A stretch of DNA of 62,921 nucleotides, the filler included, from Octopus bimaculoides (taxonomy: Eukaryota): assembly GCF_001194135.2 (NCBI RefSeq). It is 6 parts of 6 records of this genome, joined end to end, with 100 filler letters (N's around TTAATTAATTAA, not from the genome) between each part and the next. Parts side by side here need not be neighbours in the genome. Positions count along the whole stretch, not along the records: positions 42,818 to 54,901 come from NC_068988.1; positions 55,002 to 61,290 come from NC_068983.1; 4 more parts are not named here. The stretch is one strand, 5' to 3'. The translations under genes and the position numbers were made by a program. Shown here piece by piece: positions 48,780-61,290 of this stretch (within the stretch, counting starts at the first letter, position 1; the number at the start of each line of letters is the position of its first letter). The notes under the pieces were generated by a model. It searched no databases, had not been told where the DNA came from, and worked only from the letters and a program-made list of their open reading frames with translations.

Positions 48780-49346
48780 NNNNNNNNNNNNNNNNNNNNN
48801 NNNNNNNNNNNNNNNNNNNNNNNNNNNNNNNNNNNNNNNNNNNNNNNNNNNNNNNNNNNNNNNNNNNNNNNNNNNNNNNNNNNNNNNNNNNNNNNNNNNN
48901 NNNNNNNNNNNNNNNNNNNNNNNNNNNNNNNNNNNNNNNNNNNNNNNNNNNNNNNNNNNNNNNNNNNNNNNNNNNNNNNNNNNNNNNNNNNNNNNNNNNN
49001 NNNNNNNNNNNNNNNNNNNNNNNNNNNNNNNNNNNNNNNNNNNNNNNNNNNNNNNNNNNNNNNNNNNNNNNNNNNNNNNNNNNNNNNNNNNNNNNNNNNN
49101 NNNNNNNNNNNNNNNNNNNNNNNNNNNNNNNNNNNNNNNNNNNNNNNNNNNNNNNNNNNNNNNNNNNNNNNNNNNNNNNNNNNNNNNNNNNNNNNNNNNN
49201 NNNNNNNNNNNNNNNNNNNNNNNNNNNNNNNNNNNNNNNNNNNNNNNNNNNNNNNNNNNNNNNNNNNNNNNNNNNNNNNNNNNNNNNNNNNNNNNNNNNN
49301 NNNNNNNNNNNNNNNNNNNNNNNNNNNNNNNNNNNNNNNNNNNNNN

Positions 49347-49380
<34 letters not shown>

Positions 49381-49756
49381 TGTGTGTTTGCATATATGTG
49401 TATGAACGTGTGTGTGTTTGTGCATGTTTGCGTAATGTAGTAAAAGAGCAAGGACACAAGTAGTATTTAATCATAACTACTGGTGGTCAGAAAATAGCAG
49501 TAGTCAAACAGGTACATAAAGAGATAAAAACATTTTAATAAATTAAAAAAGATAAGGAAATAAAAAAGATTAAGTAGAAATCTTAAAAGTAATCACAAAA
49601 CTTAGAAACGATTGAGTATATTAGAAACGATTGGGCAAAGTGATAAGCACGGGAGAAAAGTAAGGACGGTTGATCTGTTTAGGCGGGAGAGTGGTGGCAA
49701 AGTAGTTTCGTATATGAGGTGTGTAGTGATGGTGCTAGACTGCTCAGTGTGAGCTG

Positions 49757-50470
49757 CTGAGTTCTTATCTATTACTCACTTTAGGTGAAAGACTCCTTAT
49801 AATAACAGCCTCTTTAATTCTGAGGTTGCCTATGTTACGGACGGCGGCTACTGTAGATACAGTTATTTCCTGATTGTGGTGTCTGTCTACATCAGTAGTT
49901 CTCAATTGTGGTTCATATTACCCTTGGGGGTCCATATAAGATTTTGTTGTTAAAATGTACGTGCAAAAAATTGGGTATACTTTTATACCACACAAAATAT
50001 TCTAATTTTTTAAATACAATTCCTAATAATATATAATTATAAAATGTTTTAAACATTGAATGGCTATGAGTCTCTCTCTGAGTAACATAAGAGTCAAAGA
50101 GGTCCATAGGTACAAAATGGTTGAAAACTACTGGTCTAGATGCTTTTTGATCGGGAGATGTGTGTGGGCATGTGTTCATTTATCCGGATGTGAAGCTTAC
50201 AGAACACTTTCCACACTTATTGCTCCTGATCTGGTACACAACTTGTGTACGCATGCATATATCTGCATCCTGGATCAGGCAAATGGTCAGTGTGCGCTTA
50301 TTAGCCGCTTGGGGGTAATTTTGTGGACAGGTAATGCCGCGAGGAGGGTCCAAGGTGAGCCAAATGTATATCTAGCTCCTTTCTGCGGATGACCTTACGT
50401 ATATCAGAGGTGGTTTTCTCGTTCAGGTGTGGTAGACTTAGGTGATTGTGTGTTCTGTTACTGTTATTGC
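49757..50470 (-). mobile_element. Degraded Penelope-like GIY-YIG fragment, related to 33491-33953, split by a MITE
   Basis: LSLPHLNEKTTSDIRKVIRRKEL...ICMRTQVVYQIRSNKCGK..KLHIRINEH..KKHLD | RHHNQEITV..GNLRIKEAVII..SNR*EL. The YIG segment is deleted. Confidence 0.75.
49893..50133. mobile_element. 241-bp hAT/Charlie-type MITE with an 8-bp TSD
   Basis: TIRs CAGTAGTTCTCAA / TTGAAAACTACTG. Flanks are gtctacat (49885-49892) and gtctagat (50134-50141), fitting the NTCTAGAN preference of Buster/Charlie elements. Confidence 0.85.
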
Positions 50471-51173
50471 AAGGATGAGTGAAAGAGGCAAGTTATCGAT
50501 TATGATACACACGCGTGCGCGCGCGACTCACAAGACATTGGTGGCCCAGCTCTAGATTAAAAAAAAACTCTTGCACAAAGTACAACACAGTAGGAGCAGT
50601 GCCCCAGACCATATTGTTGCAAAGTGAACTCGTAGCCACCGAACCCTTCCTACGCCCTACCCACGTAAGCTTTGAGTATATTATCAATTCTAGTGGACAA
50701 TAAGCGGACATAATAAATTGAAATAAATAAGCGGGGGGGGGGGGAGAAAGGAAGAAAGAGAAAGAGAGAGAGAGAAAGAGGGAGATAGAAAGAGGAGAAA
50801 GAGGATGGGAGAGTAAGAAGGATAATTACAGAATAAAAAAGAAAGCGAGGAGTATTGAAGGGAAGAATAGAGAGAAAAAGTGAGGAGAGAAGAGAAGCAG
50901 AGAGTGATAGAGGATACATTTTAGATATGGGTAAAAGGAGAGCAAGTGCAAACGATTAAGGGTAGCTCAAGTGTGTGTGTGTGTGACAGAAGGGGAGGTG
51001 GCAAGAAAGGTGAATGAGAGGGATAATTACAGAGAAAAAAGAGAAAGACATGGAGTTCTGGAAGGAAAAAAGTAGAGAGAAAGAAAGGAGTGAGGAAAAG
51101 AGGGAGGGGATATATTTGAGAAATAGATGAAGGGAGAGTTAGTGCAAGCAACTGAAGGTCGTGCATGGGTGTG

Positions 51174-51218
<45 letters not shown>

Positions 51219-51380
51219 AGAGAATCTAAATGATATGTGAGAAGATTACATCCATAGTAAAACAATAATCCTATGCTCTGATAAGAGGATGACACAGGTA
51301 CTGTCCTCAGTGAAAAAGAAGTACCCAAAGAATAAAAGTATGAAACTATAGGAGAAAATATAAAAAAGGTATGAGAAAGC

Positions 51381-51411
<31 letters not shown>

Positions 51412-53331
51412 GGAGTGAGAGAGAGAGNNNNNNNNNNNNNNNNNNNNNNNNNNNNNNNNNNNNNNNNNNNNNNNNNNNNNNNNNNNNNNNNNNNNNNNNN
51501 NNNNNNNNNNNNNNNNNNNNNNNNNNNNNNNNNNNNNNNNNNNNNNNNNNNNNNNNNNNNNNNNNNNNNNNNNNNNNNNNNNNNNNNNNNNNNNNNNNNN
51601 NNNNNNNNNNNNNNNNNNNNNNNNNNNNNNNNNNNNNNNNNNNNNNNNNNNNNNNNNNNNNNNNNNNNNNNNNNNNNNNNNNNNNNNNNNNNNNNNNNNN
51701 NNNNNNNNNNNNNNNNNNNNNNNNNNNNNNNNNNNNNNNNNNNNNNNNNNNNNNNNNNNNNNAGAGAGAGAGAGAGAGAGAGAGAGTTTTGGTATCCCAG
51801 CAGCCAAGAGTCAGGTTATGTTTGAATTAATTTTTACTGAGATCTTTGGGTCTTTCATTGACTACTATTCACTTACATAAAGAGCGGTGGATTTGCAGAG
51901 TCGTTAAAGCATTGAATACAAAATATCTTGAGGTTTTCTTCCTAGACATTACGTTCTGGGATCAAAATACCACTGAGATACACTTTGCCATTCATCCTTT
52001 CAAAAATGAACGTGCCCGTCAAGTACCAGACCGTTGATATTCACTAGAGCTTTTCCCGTCAAACAGCTGTTTTTGTGTCAAGATAAGCAATAAAATTTAT
52101 TCATTCACTCAATGGCTCATGCACTCACTGGCTCATGTACTCACTGGTTCATGCACTCACTCATCAACTCAATCACTCAGTTATATATTTATTTATTATT
52201 GAGTGAGAGGTTTAAATCTTTGTGCTGTAAATCACTAAACTATACGTCTGACTCCAGATAATTTGAAACTTCACCACGATTGTCTGCTTGTATGTCTCTT
52301 TGTCTGTCTGTTTCTCTGCCTTCCTGTCTGTGTCAGACTGCGTTTGCTCGTCTGTGTGTGTCTGTTTATCTGTTTCAAACATACCCTAAAGGTAAGCTTT
52401 TAAATCACAAACTGACAGACAAAAGAAAGTAAGAAAAAAAAAAACATGTGTCCTAGATTAACTATTATAGCTGTTTCCGTCACTGAAAAGGACACAGAAT
52501 TGACAAATCTTAATCATGTTCAAAGAGACAAGAAAACCAAAATGACTGTTTACATTAAAGATATAGTAATAACAATAGAATAGCTTCAAGTGGATTAATT
52601 TTTTTGATAACAGAAGAGAGATTTGCAAAGCAAAACTTTCAGGACAAAGAGAGTGTTAAGTTTGCCGATGTTTAGTGAGGCTGATACACTTGTATCAGTT
52701 GAGCGACCAAGGATTTTGCTAAATACACATTTTGGGAAATGAAGCGAGCTTTCTTCTATTCAGAATAAATTGATCGAAAAAATAAAATTTAAACCGGAAA
52801 TCATCTAGACATTATAATTGTAATAAAAAGGAAGTTCTTTGTATTTGAAGAAAATATATCACAGGTGTAATATTTCTGGATGTGCACGCCCTTAAAAACA
52901 TGTTCATTGTTGAACTCCATATAAATGAGAGAAAGAGAGGGGTGGGAAGGGGTGGGAAGGGGTGGGAAGGGGTGGATGGGTGACAGTCGGTGAATGTATG
53001 TGTGTACTGGAAGAACGACAGCNNNNNNNNNNNNNNNNNNNNNNNNNNNNNNNNNNNNNNNNNNNNNNNNNNNNNNNNNNNNNNNNNNNNNNNNNNNNNN
53101 NNNNNNNNNNNNNNNNNNNNNNNNNNNNNNNNNNNNNNNNNNNNNNNNNNNNNNNNNNNNNNNNNNNNNNNNNNNNNNNNNNNNNNNNNNNNNNNNNNNN
53201 NNNNNNNNNNNNNNNNNNNNNNNNNNNNNNNNNNNNNNNNNNNNNNNNNNNNNNNNNNNNNNNNNNNNNNNNNNNNNNNNNNNNNNNNNNNNNNNNNNNN
53301 NNNNNNNNNNNNNNNNNNNNNNNNNNNNNNN

Positions 53332-53365
<34 letters not shown>

Positions 53366-53899
53366 GCATACATTATTCAAAACTGTTTGGTTCTGATTCG
53401 GTGCTACTTTAAGTCTCTTCAGGCTCGTGAATATCCGAGTGAACGTAAACGGAGAGGTACAGGAAGTCCAAGATGGCTACCGGGAGATGGGCTGAAAATG
53501 GCGGCAGTGGATGGCATTGATTGGTAAGCAACAGCATTTCCATGAGAAAAGAGAGTTTCTTTGACCGCGTGGTTTGACAGGAAATAAGTGGCGACGATAC
53601 GTCTCGGTATGGGATCAGTGGGGCCTGTAAGTATATGAGCTTGTGTTCGCGTGTGCAGTGTGTATGTGTGAGTGTGTGTATGTGTGTATGTGTGTATGTG
53701 TGTATGTGACTGTGTGTGTGTGTGTGTGTGTCTGCTGAAGAAGTTATGCCCACTTGCGTTGTCGAGAGTCTAAAATCTATTTTACAAGAGTCATTACAAT
53801 ATATATTTTCGTGTATATATGAATGTATACATATGTACATGTGAGTGTGTATATATTTATGCATACACACATACATACACACGCATAAACATACATACA

Positions 53900-53937
<38 letters not shown>

Positions 53938-54162
53938 ACATTAAAAATGAACTTCAATCTTGCTTGTTTGCTTGCTTGCAATGTTACACAGCCAAACTGG
54001 TGCATAATGGGAAAATACTTTGAAAGTAAAGTGCCCCTGAAATATGAATACAAACGGAATAAAACTGGTTTCGCATAAATTGGTTATTGAGATATTAGGG
54101 GTCTTGGAGGCATAAATATCCAAAACAGTGCATAATGAGAAAATACACCGAAAATAGCTTAA

Positions 54163-54590
54163 CCCTGAAAGGGAAGAAATTCTAACCTTTCCATTAGACA
54201 CATTATGATGGGCAAAATATTTTAAAGTAAAAATGACTTTAAAACTATGGTAAATATTTCGTAAAAGACCTTTTCGTAACCTCCGTGCGAAATAGTTTTT
54301 TTCCACACGTTTCTTTCGAGTGCATTCAACGTATCTCACCTCCAAGGATTTGGCTGCTATTTCTAGCACGCCCTGTTACATTGTAACAGGCATTTGTGAT
54401 AAAGGACCCGAAATGCCTGTTATGTGGTAGCAGTGCAAATCTTGCAGACAAATCTTGCAGACAAATCTTACTTTTTCTGGGCGAAAGGAGCTGTTTACGT
54501 GTGATTTCGATATCACAGTCGTTGAACGCGTGCGAAATAACCTGGAAAAGAAAAAAAACCACGAAACAAAACTCCGTTGCTGGAAATTCA
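54163..54590 (-). mobile_element. piggyBac 3' end fragment
   Basis: TTAA (54159-54162) is followed by CCCT. Minus-strand translation YVECTRKKRVEKNYF..GL..IYH resembles the C-terminal Cys-rich domain. Confidence 0.5.
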
Positions 54591-54648
54591 AACTTTCCCG
54601 GTGACCCAACGGGTCAGAGGTAATCAGGTATATTTATATATATACATA

Positions 54649-54899
54649 CAGGGTTGGCCAAAAGTCACCTGACAGTAAATCAAAATCATTTAATTCCAAC
54701 ATTAAAATAAAAAAAATATTTTATATGAGACTTCGCTAATAAATACACAAATGTCGAAAAAAAAAAAAAAAAAGAAACGGTGATTTTAACTCACAGCATT
54801 CAACTATTAAACAATCATAATTGGAATGAATAAATAAAATTGAATATTAAATATTTATAGAATTTTGATTTACTGTCAGGTGACTCTTGACCAACCCTC
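54649..54899. mobile_element. Tc1/mariner-type MITE with TA TSD
   Basis: ~40-bp TIRs CAGGGTTGGCCAAAAGTCACCTGACAGTAAATCAAAAT / ATTTTGATTTACTGTCAGGTGACTCTTGACCAACCCTC, flanked by TA on both sides. Confidence 0.85.
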
Positions 54900-54901
54900 T
54901 A

Positions 54902-55001
54902 NNNNNNNNNNNNNNNNNNNNNNNNNNNNNNNNNNNNNNNNNNNNTTAATTAATTAANNNNNNNNNNNNNNNNNNNNNNNNNNNNNNNNNNNNNNNNNNN
55001 N
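54902..55001. other. Artificial scaffold linker 44N-TTAATTAATTAA-44N
   Basis: Same 100-bp structure. Confidence 0.95.
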
Positions 55002-55042
<41 letters not shown>

Positions 55043-55585
55043 CATTGAAATAGTAAGGAATAGAGCACTAGTAAAATGTTTCAAATGCATAAATACAATG
55101 AAGGGACGTTAATAAAGAGATAAGTGAATATATAACAAGTATGATATTTCGAATAATCTCATTACTTTTAATAGGTGCAGAAAGTGGATTCTGTCCTGGC
55201 AACAACCTAACCTAAAGTGATGTAATGTAGTGGCTACAGAGGTCACTGAAAATGTATATAACTATGAACCGGAGATCAGTGAAATTGCAGTCTACTTCCT
55301 TGATAACAACGTATAGTCGATTTCCATTTATTAAATAATGGTATTGTGATGCATCACTATAACAGCGAAAGTAGCATACAGACACACACAAGCACACACT
55401 AAAATACATACACACGTCCATTCACGCACATGTGTATGTGTATATATAAATATATATATATTAAACAATGTTATAGTCATGATAGTTAAAACCATGCGAG
55501 TGCACCGCCCTCAAGTAAATGTATATATATATAAACCTATTAAAGAGATGTTCTTGCGTAGCAAGTTACTTGATTATCGCCAAAT

Positions 55586-55617
<32 letters not shown>

Positions 55618-56023
55618 NNNNNNNNNNNNNNNNNNNNNNNNNNNNNNNNNNNNNNNNNNNNNNNNNNNNNNNNNNNNNNNNNNNNNNNNNNNNNNNNNNN
55701 NNNNNNNNNNNNNNNNNNNNNNNNNNNNNNNNNNNNNNNNNNNNNNNNNNNNNNNNNNNNNNNNNNNNNNNNNNNNNNNNNNNNNNNNNNNNNNNNNNNN
55801 NNNNNNNNNNNNNNNNNNNNNNNNNNNNNNNNNNNNNNNNNNNNNNNNNNNNNNNNNNNNNNNNNNNNNNNNNNNNNNNNNNNNNNNNNNNNNNNNNNNN
55901 NNNNNNNNNNNNNNNNNNNNNNNNNNNNNNNNNNNNNNNNNNNNNNNNNNNNNNNNNNNNNNNNNNNNNNNNNNNNNNNNNNNNNNNNNNNNNNNNNNNN
56001 NNNNNNNNNNNNNNNNNNNNNNN

Positions 56024-56064
<41 letters not shown>

Positions 56065-56289
56065 AATGATATATGAGCAAATGCATGTATACATACATAT
56101 ATGTACATACGTACATCTACATGTATATATAGATCATAACCGGGTACAGGACGTCAAAAAACGTGGACAAAAAAAGGAACGGGAACATAAACAAAGCACA
56201 AAAAACGGACTTTTTTTACGGAGAACAGAATGAACACAGGAAAACAGACGAGCCACTTATGATATATGCATATACACTCATATATACAC

Positions 56290-56589
56290 TCATATATATG
56301 GGTACAGGACGTCACGAAAAGTAAACAAGACATGAAATACGAAAACAAAAGAGTTCAATACGCAAACACTACAAGAGAAAAAAATTGGAATATAGGACAA
56401 GTAACATAAATAACGACCCTTCATCAATTGTCGGCTGTCTATCTACTCCTCTGCTCGAAATGAGGAGCAAATAGACAGCCGATTACTGATGAAGTGTCAT
56501 TCCTTATGTTACTCGTCCTGCTTTCCATTTGTTTCTCTCGTTGTTTCCGTATTTCATGTTGTTTATTGTTGGTGACGTCCCATATATGC

Positions 56590-56590
<1 letters not shown>
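56290..56590. repeat. Long imperfect palindrome built from a dispersed repeat
   Basis: cttcatcaattgtcggctgtctatctactcctc / gaggagcaaatagacagccgattactgatgaag around a 10-nt loop at 56452-56461, extending to gacgtcac / gtgacgtc. Related sequence occurs at 56140-56230 and 61460-61680. Confidence 0.75.
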
Positions 56591-56660
<70 letters not shown>

Positions 56661-56737
56661 CGTGTATGTATATATATATATACATATTATTTATATTATT
56701 ATTTGATTGAACGCCACGCATCCATTTTCAAGTAAGT

Positions 56738-56790
<53 letters not shown>

Positions 56791-56842
56791 TTATTTGTGT
56801 ATATGTATATATATTCTACATAGGTATATGTGCACGTGTGTC

Positions 56843-56877
<35 letters not shown>

Positions 56878-57082
56878 ATGTGTGTGTCTATCAGCCCCTT
56901 CACCCTTATTTGTTTATTCCACTGTTCGTTCTTTCGTTCCCCTCGCTCACATTTCCTTGGCTTCTCTTCTTTCCTTCCACTTTTCACTTCACTGTGTTCC
57001 TGTCATTTTTCTCACCCCTCCCTAATTCTTTTGTCCCTCTGCCTCTACCTCTCTCTCTTCTCTTCTCACATGTATATATATA

Positions 57083-57281
57083 TAGGCATGGCAAGTGTCT
57101 TCTATTATAGCCTTGTGCCGACCAACGCCTTGGGAGGGGATTTAGTAGACGGAAACTGAAAGAAGCCCGTTGTATATATGTGTGTGTGTGTACGCTCTGT
57201 GTGTGTGTGTACGCTCTGTGTGTGTGTGTGTGTGTATGCTCTGTGTGTGTGCATGCTCTGTGTGTGTGTGTGCGCGCGCGC

Positions 57282-57313
<32 letters not shown>

Positions 57314-57500
57314 GTCTTTGTGTTTTCTCCGACAACTGCTTGTGTTTATGTTCTTGTAACTTGGTGGTTTGGCATAAACAATCGATAGAAGTACTAGGCT
57401 TTAAAAAGTAAGTCCTGAGGTCGGTTTGCTCGACTAAAACCCTTCAAGGCGGTGCTCCAGGATGGCCGCAGTTAAGTGTCTAAAACAAGTAAAATGGTAA
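57083..57500 (+). mobile_element. SINE family A
   Basis: CORE-like block, (TG)n middle and aaaacaagtaaaa tail. Confidence 0.8.
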
Positions 57501-58188
57501 AAAAGGTGGATATATATATATATATATATACGTATGTATGTATATATGTATGTATGTATGTATGTATGCATGTATGTATGTATGTATGTATGTATGTATG
57601 TATGTATGTATGTGTGAGTGTGTATGTATGTATAGATATATATATATATATATATATATNNNNNNNNNNNNNNNNNNNNNNNNNNNNNNNNNNNNNNNNN
57701 NNNNNNNNNNNNNNNNNNNNNNNNNNNNNNNNNNNNNNNNNNNNNNNNNNNNNNNNNNNNNNNNNNNNNNNNNNNNNNNNNNNNNNNNNNNNNNNNNNNN
57801 NNNNNNNNNNNNNNNNNNNNNNNNNNNNNNNNNNNNNNNNNNNNNNNNNNNNNNNNNNNNNNNNNNNNNNNNNNNNNNNNNNNNNNNNNNNNNNNNNNNN
57901 NNNNNNNNNNNNNNNNNNNNNNNNNNNNNNNNNNNNNNNNNNNNNNNNNNNNNNNNNNNNNNNNNNNNNNNNNNNNNNNNNNNNNNNNNNNNNNNNNNNN
58001 NNNNNNNNNNNNNNNNNNNNNNNNNNNNNNNNNNNNNNNNNNNNNNNNNNNNNNNNNNNNNNNNNNNNNNNNNNNNNNNNNNNNNNNNNNNNNNNNNNNN
58101 NNNNNNNNNNNNNNNNNNNNNNNNNNNNNNNNNNNNNNNNNNNNNNNNNNNNNNNNNNNNNNNNNNNNNNNNNNNNNNNNNNNNNNNN

Positions 58189-58253
<65 letters not shown>

Positions 58254-58468
58254 ATACACATACATGCATAATATTCTACAAACATATGAATAGCTAGATA
58301 GGTACACAGGGAGATAGATATGTAGTCATAGACATGCATCATATTTACACGCATACACATAAGCATATATGTATTTATGATTGTGTGAAAATATTTCTGT
58401 GTAAGTATATATATATATATATATATATACATATAGTTATATGTATGTATGTATGTGTCTACACACAC

Positions 58469-58509
<41 letters not shown>

Positions 58510-58839
58510 GCAGAATATAAACACCGCAGAGGTTTCTGTGTGTATGTTTGAGTGTTTGTGTCTAAATTTGTGCATAGGTGTATGTGTTTCTGTATTCTTA
58601 TATTTGTCCCCTCAAACCTTATTTATTTACATCCCTGCAAAGTAACGGTTAGGTAAAATGAAACGAACATAAGTACCAGACTTAAAATACTGTTTGACTT
58701 ACCTACCAAACCCTTGAAGCTACGACTCTAGCATGGCCTCGTTCTCGTAGCTTGAAGAAATATATTATATTATATATATTATATGTAAATTATATATGTA
58801 TGTTATATAAATTTAAATAAATAAATAAATATATACATA

Positions 58840-58871
<32 letters not shown>

Positions 58872-59075
58872 ATATGTATTATATATGCATATATAAATAT
58901 ATATGAATGTATATGTATATATGTATGTATATATATGTGTGTTTGTGTGTGCGCGTGCGTGTGTGTATGTATGTTTGTATACATGTATATGTATGTATAT
59001 ATAACATATACTCATTTTTTATGTGTTTATATACATTTAGATAAATGTCAAAATGACGAATGTATATACACTTAC

Positions 59076-59121
59076 TTGTGGTTAATACAAGAGCGAAAAG
59101 GAAGAGCAGTGGAAATGCCAT
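59076..59121 (-). CDS. Candidate first coding exon encoding a signal peptide, MAFPLLFLFALVLTT, of an unidentified secreted protein
   Basis: aatATGG start context, an 11-residue hydrophobic core, then a perfect phase-1 donor A|GTAAGT. Downstream exons are not securely assigned. Confidence 0.5.
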
Positions 59122-59741
59122 ATTGGTAGGATTTCTTTTGCGTGATAGTTAAAACCAGCGAGCAAAATCGAAAATTTTAACATTAAAATTACCACTGGAA
59201 AACTTCTCTGTTTAATTTATTTCCTTTAAGCATGGATTCTTTTTAGCCAAAAGTTTCACAAAGAACTGACGTATGAAACATTTGGGTTGTCTGAAAACAA
59301 GAAGGAATCAGCATGTGTTTGACATGAAATGCTGTTCAATTAAAACTTTGGGAGGAGTCACGACTCAAAAAAGACATGTAAAGAAGGCAACGATACCTAT
59401 TCATAATAAATATCTTTCATATATTTCTCCTTCTTTTGTTGACAGCAAATGCGAATATGGACAATATGTGATTATCAAACCGTCCAATAGCAAGTGAGCG
59501 GACGATCTACACATATAAATGACTAAGACCAGCAAATCAGTTGACAATTTCAAAGTAATTATATATACATCGAATATTTGTGTGTGTTTGTTTATGTGTA
59601 TGTGTAAGACACGAAATTAAAGCGTGGTAGTATAAATAAATGCATAAGTTATTTACAAAGATATTTGTGTGCAGGTATGTGTGTGTATGTGTATACACAT
59701 ATACATGTATACATGTACATGCATGTGAACATTATATATAT

Positions 59742-59773
<32 letters not shown>

Positions 59774-59843
59774 NNNNNNNNNNNNNNNNNNNNNNNNNNN
59801 NNNNNNNNATATATATGTATATAATTATATATATATATATATA

Positions 59844-59883
<40 letters not shown>

Positions 59884-60151
59884 TGTATATATATATGCAT
59901 ACATATATGTATATATGAATGACTATATGTATGTGTGTTTGTATGTATGTATGTGTCATTATTTTGTTATATTTCGAAACTTCTTGCCTATAGAGAAAAG
60001 CCGGTTTCTAACCTAGATCCAAGGTTCCTTCACTGGAATTTCAACATCAACGGAGTATTTTTGCTTGTATGTGTGTATATGTAAAGAATTTCGAGTCAGT
60101 GTATGCCAATATTTGTATGTTTTGTTTTGTAAGTATGTATTTATGTGTGTA

Positions 60152-60956
60152 CAAAATGCATTCCAGAAGTTTTGAGACATTGTAGGGAGTCATCTGTTAA
60201 TTTCAAAGAATACACAACTCAAATCTCCTCCAAAGTAAGAGTCTCTGACTTCACTGCACTTGTTGCAGCACTCCAGCTACTTTGTGAAGGTGCCATACAG
60301 GTTTTCCACGGTGAAAGTATCCAGGACCCTTGTCACAGTCTCCTTCAGTTTCTCCTTCAGCTTGGGGAACAACCCATCCAAAAATCTGGATAAACAACCC
60401 GACCAAAAAGGTCTGGTTTGTTGGGTGGAGGAGAAGCAGATCTGATTCCCACCTCTATCAAGTAGTTGATAACCAGGATGGAACTGTGTTCTGGGCTTTT
60501 ACAACGAAATCTCTTCCTCAACTTCCTCATAACCACCACATAGTACGCTCTGTTGACCGCCTGACAAGAGGAAATCTAGTGGAAGATGATGCCATTGCTG
60601 TCAAAAAATGGAATTGTCATGACTTGCTTTGTCGCGCCTTTTGTGCTCATACTAGTTACTCCCATAAGCCATTTGGGACATTTCATAAGTTTCCATGGCG
60701 TTTTTGCCCACAAAACTTTACTGCATATCGAGCTTCCAAATTGCCTTCACGTCCTGATAGCATTCTACAATCTAATAGGCTATAAGCAGTGCTTAGTAAG
60801 ATATTTAGTAATGTTACAGCCGTCTCTCTCCATCTGGAATAACAAAAGTAGGCAGGTCAGATTATTAGTGGAATTGTAATGATATACAAACATTACAGTA
60901 ATATCGGACTGTTATAACTACCTTTCCTAAAATGTCTCAAAATTTCATGAGTGCTT
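60152..60956 (-). mobile_element. Internally deleted mariner with both TIR regions
   Basis: EARYAVK..GKNAMETYEM..AYG is joined to KARQSKS..IPFFDSNGIIFH...YYVVVMRKLRKRF...LFPKLKEKL..CNKCSEVRDSYFGGD. The TIR-like gcattccagaagttttgagacattgtaggga is mirrored at ~60921-60956. Confidence 0.8.
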
Positions 60957-61290
60957 GCTGCTGGCACTCCGTCTCTTACGACGTCGAGGGTTCCAATTGA
61001 TCCGATCAATGGAACAGCCTGCTCGTGAAATTAACGTGCAAGTGGCTGAGCACTCCACAGACACGTGGACCCATAACGTAGTTCTCGGGATATTCAGCGT
61101 GACAAGGCTGACCCTTTGAATTACAGGCACAACAGAAACAGGAAGTAAGAGAAAGTTGTGGTGGAAGAGTACAGCAGGGTTCGCCACCATCCCCTGCTGG
61201 AGCCTCGTGGAGCTCTAAGTGTTTTCACTCAATAAACACACACAATGCCCGGTCTGGGAATCGAAACTGCGATCCTATGACCGCGAATCC
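60957..61290 (-). mobile_element. tRNA-derived SINE family G; the head is cut by the linker
   Basis: Reverse complement of 3960-4300. Confidence 0.9.

Noticed and set aside
9456-58984. Dozens of ORFs rich in YI, HT, CV, YLSI or X
   Set aside because: They are translations of (TA)n, (CA)n, (TACA)n and (TATC)n microsatellites or of N gaps, with no coding evidence.
59041-59493. Plus-strand exon trio 59041-59125, 59231-59270, 59446-59493 (DKCQNDEC...MPYC-KCEYGQY...)
   Set aside because: The splice sites are plausible, but the middle exon breaks the frame and the first overlaps a more convincing minus-strand signal-peptide exon with a perfect donor. It is disfavoured, not excluded; stranded RNA-seq would decide.
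59995-60040. Minus-strand hammerhead-like motif ccagtgaagg aacct..aggtt agaaaccggc
   Set aside because: The core is CAGTGA rather than CTGANGA and there is no NUH triplet; at best a dead derivative.
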